From: Eutreptiella sp. 'Long Island Sound 2002'
Lineage: Eukaryota; Protista; Euglenida
Direction: 5' to 3'
Assembly: GCA_964036045.1 (NCBI GenBank)
Contig: OZ038379.1
Coordinates: 55,056,001 to 55,120,000 of the forward strand
DNA: 64,000 bases
Positions 60,930-64,000 of this stretch are shown here, piece by piece. Under the pieces are notes generated by a model. That model saw only the letters and a program-made list of their open reading frames with translations, was not told the origin of the DNA and ran no database searches. Within the stretch, counting starts at the first letter, position 1. Every line of letters starts with the position of its first letter. The translations under genes were made by a program, and so were the position numbers.

Positions 60930-61130
60930 TTGCTTCTAATGAGCGGCATTTTGCCTTGCCGGTTGAAGTCAATCGCCTGCTTGACCCCGGCATGATATAA
61001 TTTTCTGATGGGGAAGAGGCAACTTTCCACCGGCAAGAGGCTAACGATGCCCGCTGAGACCAACTGGTGCACCATAGGTGCTACCACACGGTCCAACTCA
61101 CGCTTTTGCTCCTTAGATGGGTACACAACA
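60930..61130 (-). pseudogene. Short degenerate reverse-transcriptase fragment
   Basis: LVSAGIVSLLPVESCLFPIRK...QAIDFNR resembles the RT N-terminal (GI..FxxxK..DxR) region. Confidence 0.4.
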
Positions 61131-62929
61131 CTAGCAACTCAAAAGCCAACCTGTTGTCCTGCCCCAAACACGCAGACCAAAGCCCGTTTCTAATCTGAAA
61201 ATAGCCAACCTGCCCCAACCTCTTACCAATTTGCTTGAAATATGTTGCAGTGATTGTAGTTTTTGGAGGGTGGTGAATTGGTGAAAAGGTACACGCCAAC
61301 TACACAAATTGGACTCCTTAGGGCTCCCTTTAAGACATCTACTGATTACATAAGGCAACAATCCTCCGCCACCAAAAAAGCCTGCAAAGGGAATAGGTGT
61401 AGCCTATCCAAACGGCACGCAAACTAGCAGGAACAAGTGTACCAATGGCTTTGATGTGTGCAATTTTGGCACCCCAAGACAAGGGTAACCCCCTACAAAG
61501 GACCAGCCCAAACAGAATGCCACGTTGCAAACGCAGCCTCCTACTGCAAGCACTAGCCCAACCCATCACCTTGCCACATGGCAAACTGCCTCACAGACGA
61601 GCAATCACGAGGCACATGGCGTTGTTCCCAAACCCTCTCCCGTGGTTCTTGTTTATGTGTTTTGAGACGCCCCCACAATGGATTTGTCCCCATTGAGTGC
61701 AGAGTTTTCATGCCACTGGCCATCAAAGCCTTGGGGGACTCCCTATGCCAAGTGGGTGGGCAAGTCCTAACTACAGCAGCACGACTTGTCGGGCACCGTT
61801 CCTTAGGGTGTCTCCTCCTTGTCCACAGCATTGCAAAAAGCCCAGTCTTCACAAGGTGAAGTTTCGTTGACGTTCCATTTCGTTGATTTTAGTAGTCACA
61901 TTGGTAAATCGCTAAAGAGTTTGCCTCTTGCAACATCACATTTCAGAATGCATTTGCACCTCAAGAGCGCTTCCCGTAGTTTCCAACTCCCGTGCAAGGG
62001 TTTTGAATTATGCTTCCACTCAGATCCTAGCCCCTCAATGTCTTGAATGGATCTCCTTTTTTTTTTCAGTTAGAGATTTTTACCTTTAATGGGTGAAGAG
62101 GCACTGGAAGACATAGTGAGGCCCTAGTGCCACCATAGTGTGTCTTTCCTTAAACCTTAGATGATTTTTGGATTTAAGGGTCCAAGGGTCCAATTCCAAG
62201 GAGTTGGTGAAGGTTCCCCAGAGGGAAGTGGACGGTTGAAAGGGGGCTGAACTATTGGTGTCATTTGCGAGTGCCCTAGACCTTGTGCATTCTGTATTCT
62301 TGTTGGAGGAGTGTGTGATGTCGAGGAGTCATGCCGTCTTTGTTTTCGGGGGGGGGGGGTGACCATAGGCTAGTTTGCCTTTTTGCAAGTGCAACATGCC
62401 ATAGCTCATGCTTGGGGGGCAACGGTGGCTGGGATAGTTCATCGTGGTGATTAGTGCCATGGTGTCAAGCGTAATTCGCTTATTTTTTTATTCCACGTAA
62501 GCCGTTTTTTTTTTGGGGTCCGGAAAAAAAACCTTGAAAATGTACGGCACACGACGTACACTTTTTGTGTGACGCGATCTACACCTAAGAAAAATAGCTA
62601 CGGGACGTACCCTTTTGTAAAACAAGAAAAGCGAGTTGCACTTTTTTTGTTGTGCGATCTACGCTTTTTTTTTATACGCGGCCTATTGCCGAAGAAAATA
62701 AGTGGGTTACCTTTTTTTATAAAACAAAAAAAGCAAGGTACACTTTTTTTGTTGTGTGACCTACGCTCTTTTTGATGTGCGGCCTATGTCAAAGAAAAAT
62801 TAGCGATTTACGCTTTTTTTGTCGAAAAACAAAAAAGTAAGATAGGCTTTTTTTGTTACGAGTCGTGCGCCTTTTTTTTATACGCGACCTATTGACAACA
62901 AAAACAAGCGAGTTACGTATTTTTTTGAT

Positions 62930-64000
62930 GCGCCTTTTCTGATTTTCTTCCCCGAGAAGGCAGGGGCTAGGCACCCACTTCGGATTTTGTCCCCTTTTTC
63001 GGGGACCCACGAGAATGCAGGGGTTATGCGGGGACTCTTGTATTTCCGTGGCACGGAAAATTGCGCAAATCACGGAAATAGCCCGGAATTGAAAATCATG
63101 GAAATCATAGAAAATCACGGAAAATCACGCAGCTGGAAATGAGTGTTCCGATTGTTTTTTATTGTTGTTGCGAGCCGCTAAGTGTGGGAGTGTGTATTTC
63201 TTTGTGTCTTTTCAGTTGTGATATGTCTTCCTCTTATGAGAATTCCACTCCCGCTGCCAAGAAATGAAAGGTTTGGCAACGGGGGTCAAAGATGAGAGCA
63301 TGTCAGTCGCGCTGCCACTGCCCCTGCATCAAGCACAACGAGCACATCATCCGCAGCAGCAAAAACATAGGTCGATTTGAAGGCACTGTTGGATGGAATT
63401 GGTCAAAATCAAGCAGTTGGAGACGTGTCTTGCACGTGTCCAGCAGAGGCCAAGGCTATGCATAAGGAAAATTTTTGCCACGCAAATTCCACGGACAATC
63501 ACGGGAAATCACGGAAAGCTTTTGTCATCCAAATCATGGAAATACCACAAACCCTGTTGTGTAGTGTTTCCGCCCACTTGTGCGCCCCCGAGAAGGCAGT
63601 GGTGAGATAGCCACTTCTGATTTTGTCCCCTTGTTCAGGGACCCCCAAGAGTGCATGGGATACGTACCACGTCCTCCCACTTGTGGGCACACGAGAAGGC
63701 AGGACTGAGGCGGCCAGTTCTGATATTTCCCCCTCGTGTGGGGAGGCCCGAGAATGCAGGGGTGACGAAGCACTTCCGCCCACTTGTCGGCCCCCGAGAA
63801 GGCGGTGGTGAGGCAGCCACTTGTGATTTTGTCCACTTGTTTTGGGACCCCAGTGAATGCAGGGATTACGTAATACTTCCGCCCCCTTGTGGGCCCTTGA
63901 GAAGGCAGGGGTGAGGTAGCCACTTGTGATTTTGTCCCCTTGTTTGGGGACCCCCGAGAATCTAAGGGTTGCGTCGCACTTCCGCCTGTCTTTCCGGCCT
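62930..64000. repeat. gtagccacttgtgattttgtcccc / gagaaggcaggggt repeat array with aaatcacgg clusters
   Basis: Same family as 41714-42200 and 44130-45530. Preceded by tttttttgtgtgacgcgatctac repeats at 62550-62900. Confidence 0.8.

Overview
Repeat-saturated eukaryotic genomic DNA. GT-AG introns of several kb, long G/C homopolymers and degenerate satellites suggest a large protist genome, possibly euglenoid, but the taxon cannot be determined here. The one recognisable host gene is a spliced Aladin (AAAS) nucleoporin/WD40 gene on the + strand (~37.9-60.2 kb), with 6.8 and 9.8 kb introns full of mobile DNA. The first 28 kb is a nested pile of related but strongly diverged multi-gene DNA transposons. 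Their transposases have RAG1/Transib/CMC-type motifs (D..D-CxxC..DxxH..HxxxxH-x19-E), and the elements end in TA|CCC. The most complete copy (21614-27664) and a second family (~4270-12790) share one architecture: PhyH-like 2OG-Fe(II) dioxygenase gene, coiled-coil gene, transposase. Each gene is preceded by an array of a family-specific palindrome. The CCCTTCGTGAA family has bipartite ends whose spacers are 3 bp (left) and 13 bp (right), one helical turn apart, in both the full element and a 753-bp derivative; this is reminiscent of the RSS 12/23 asymmetry. Also present are a 4.1-kb tandem duplication, a ~72-bp minisatellite, MITEs with TSDs, and RT and tyrosine-recombinase remnants. Homology calls come from reading motifs by eye; no database search was run.
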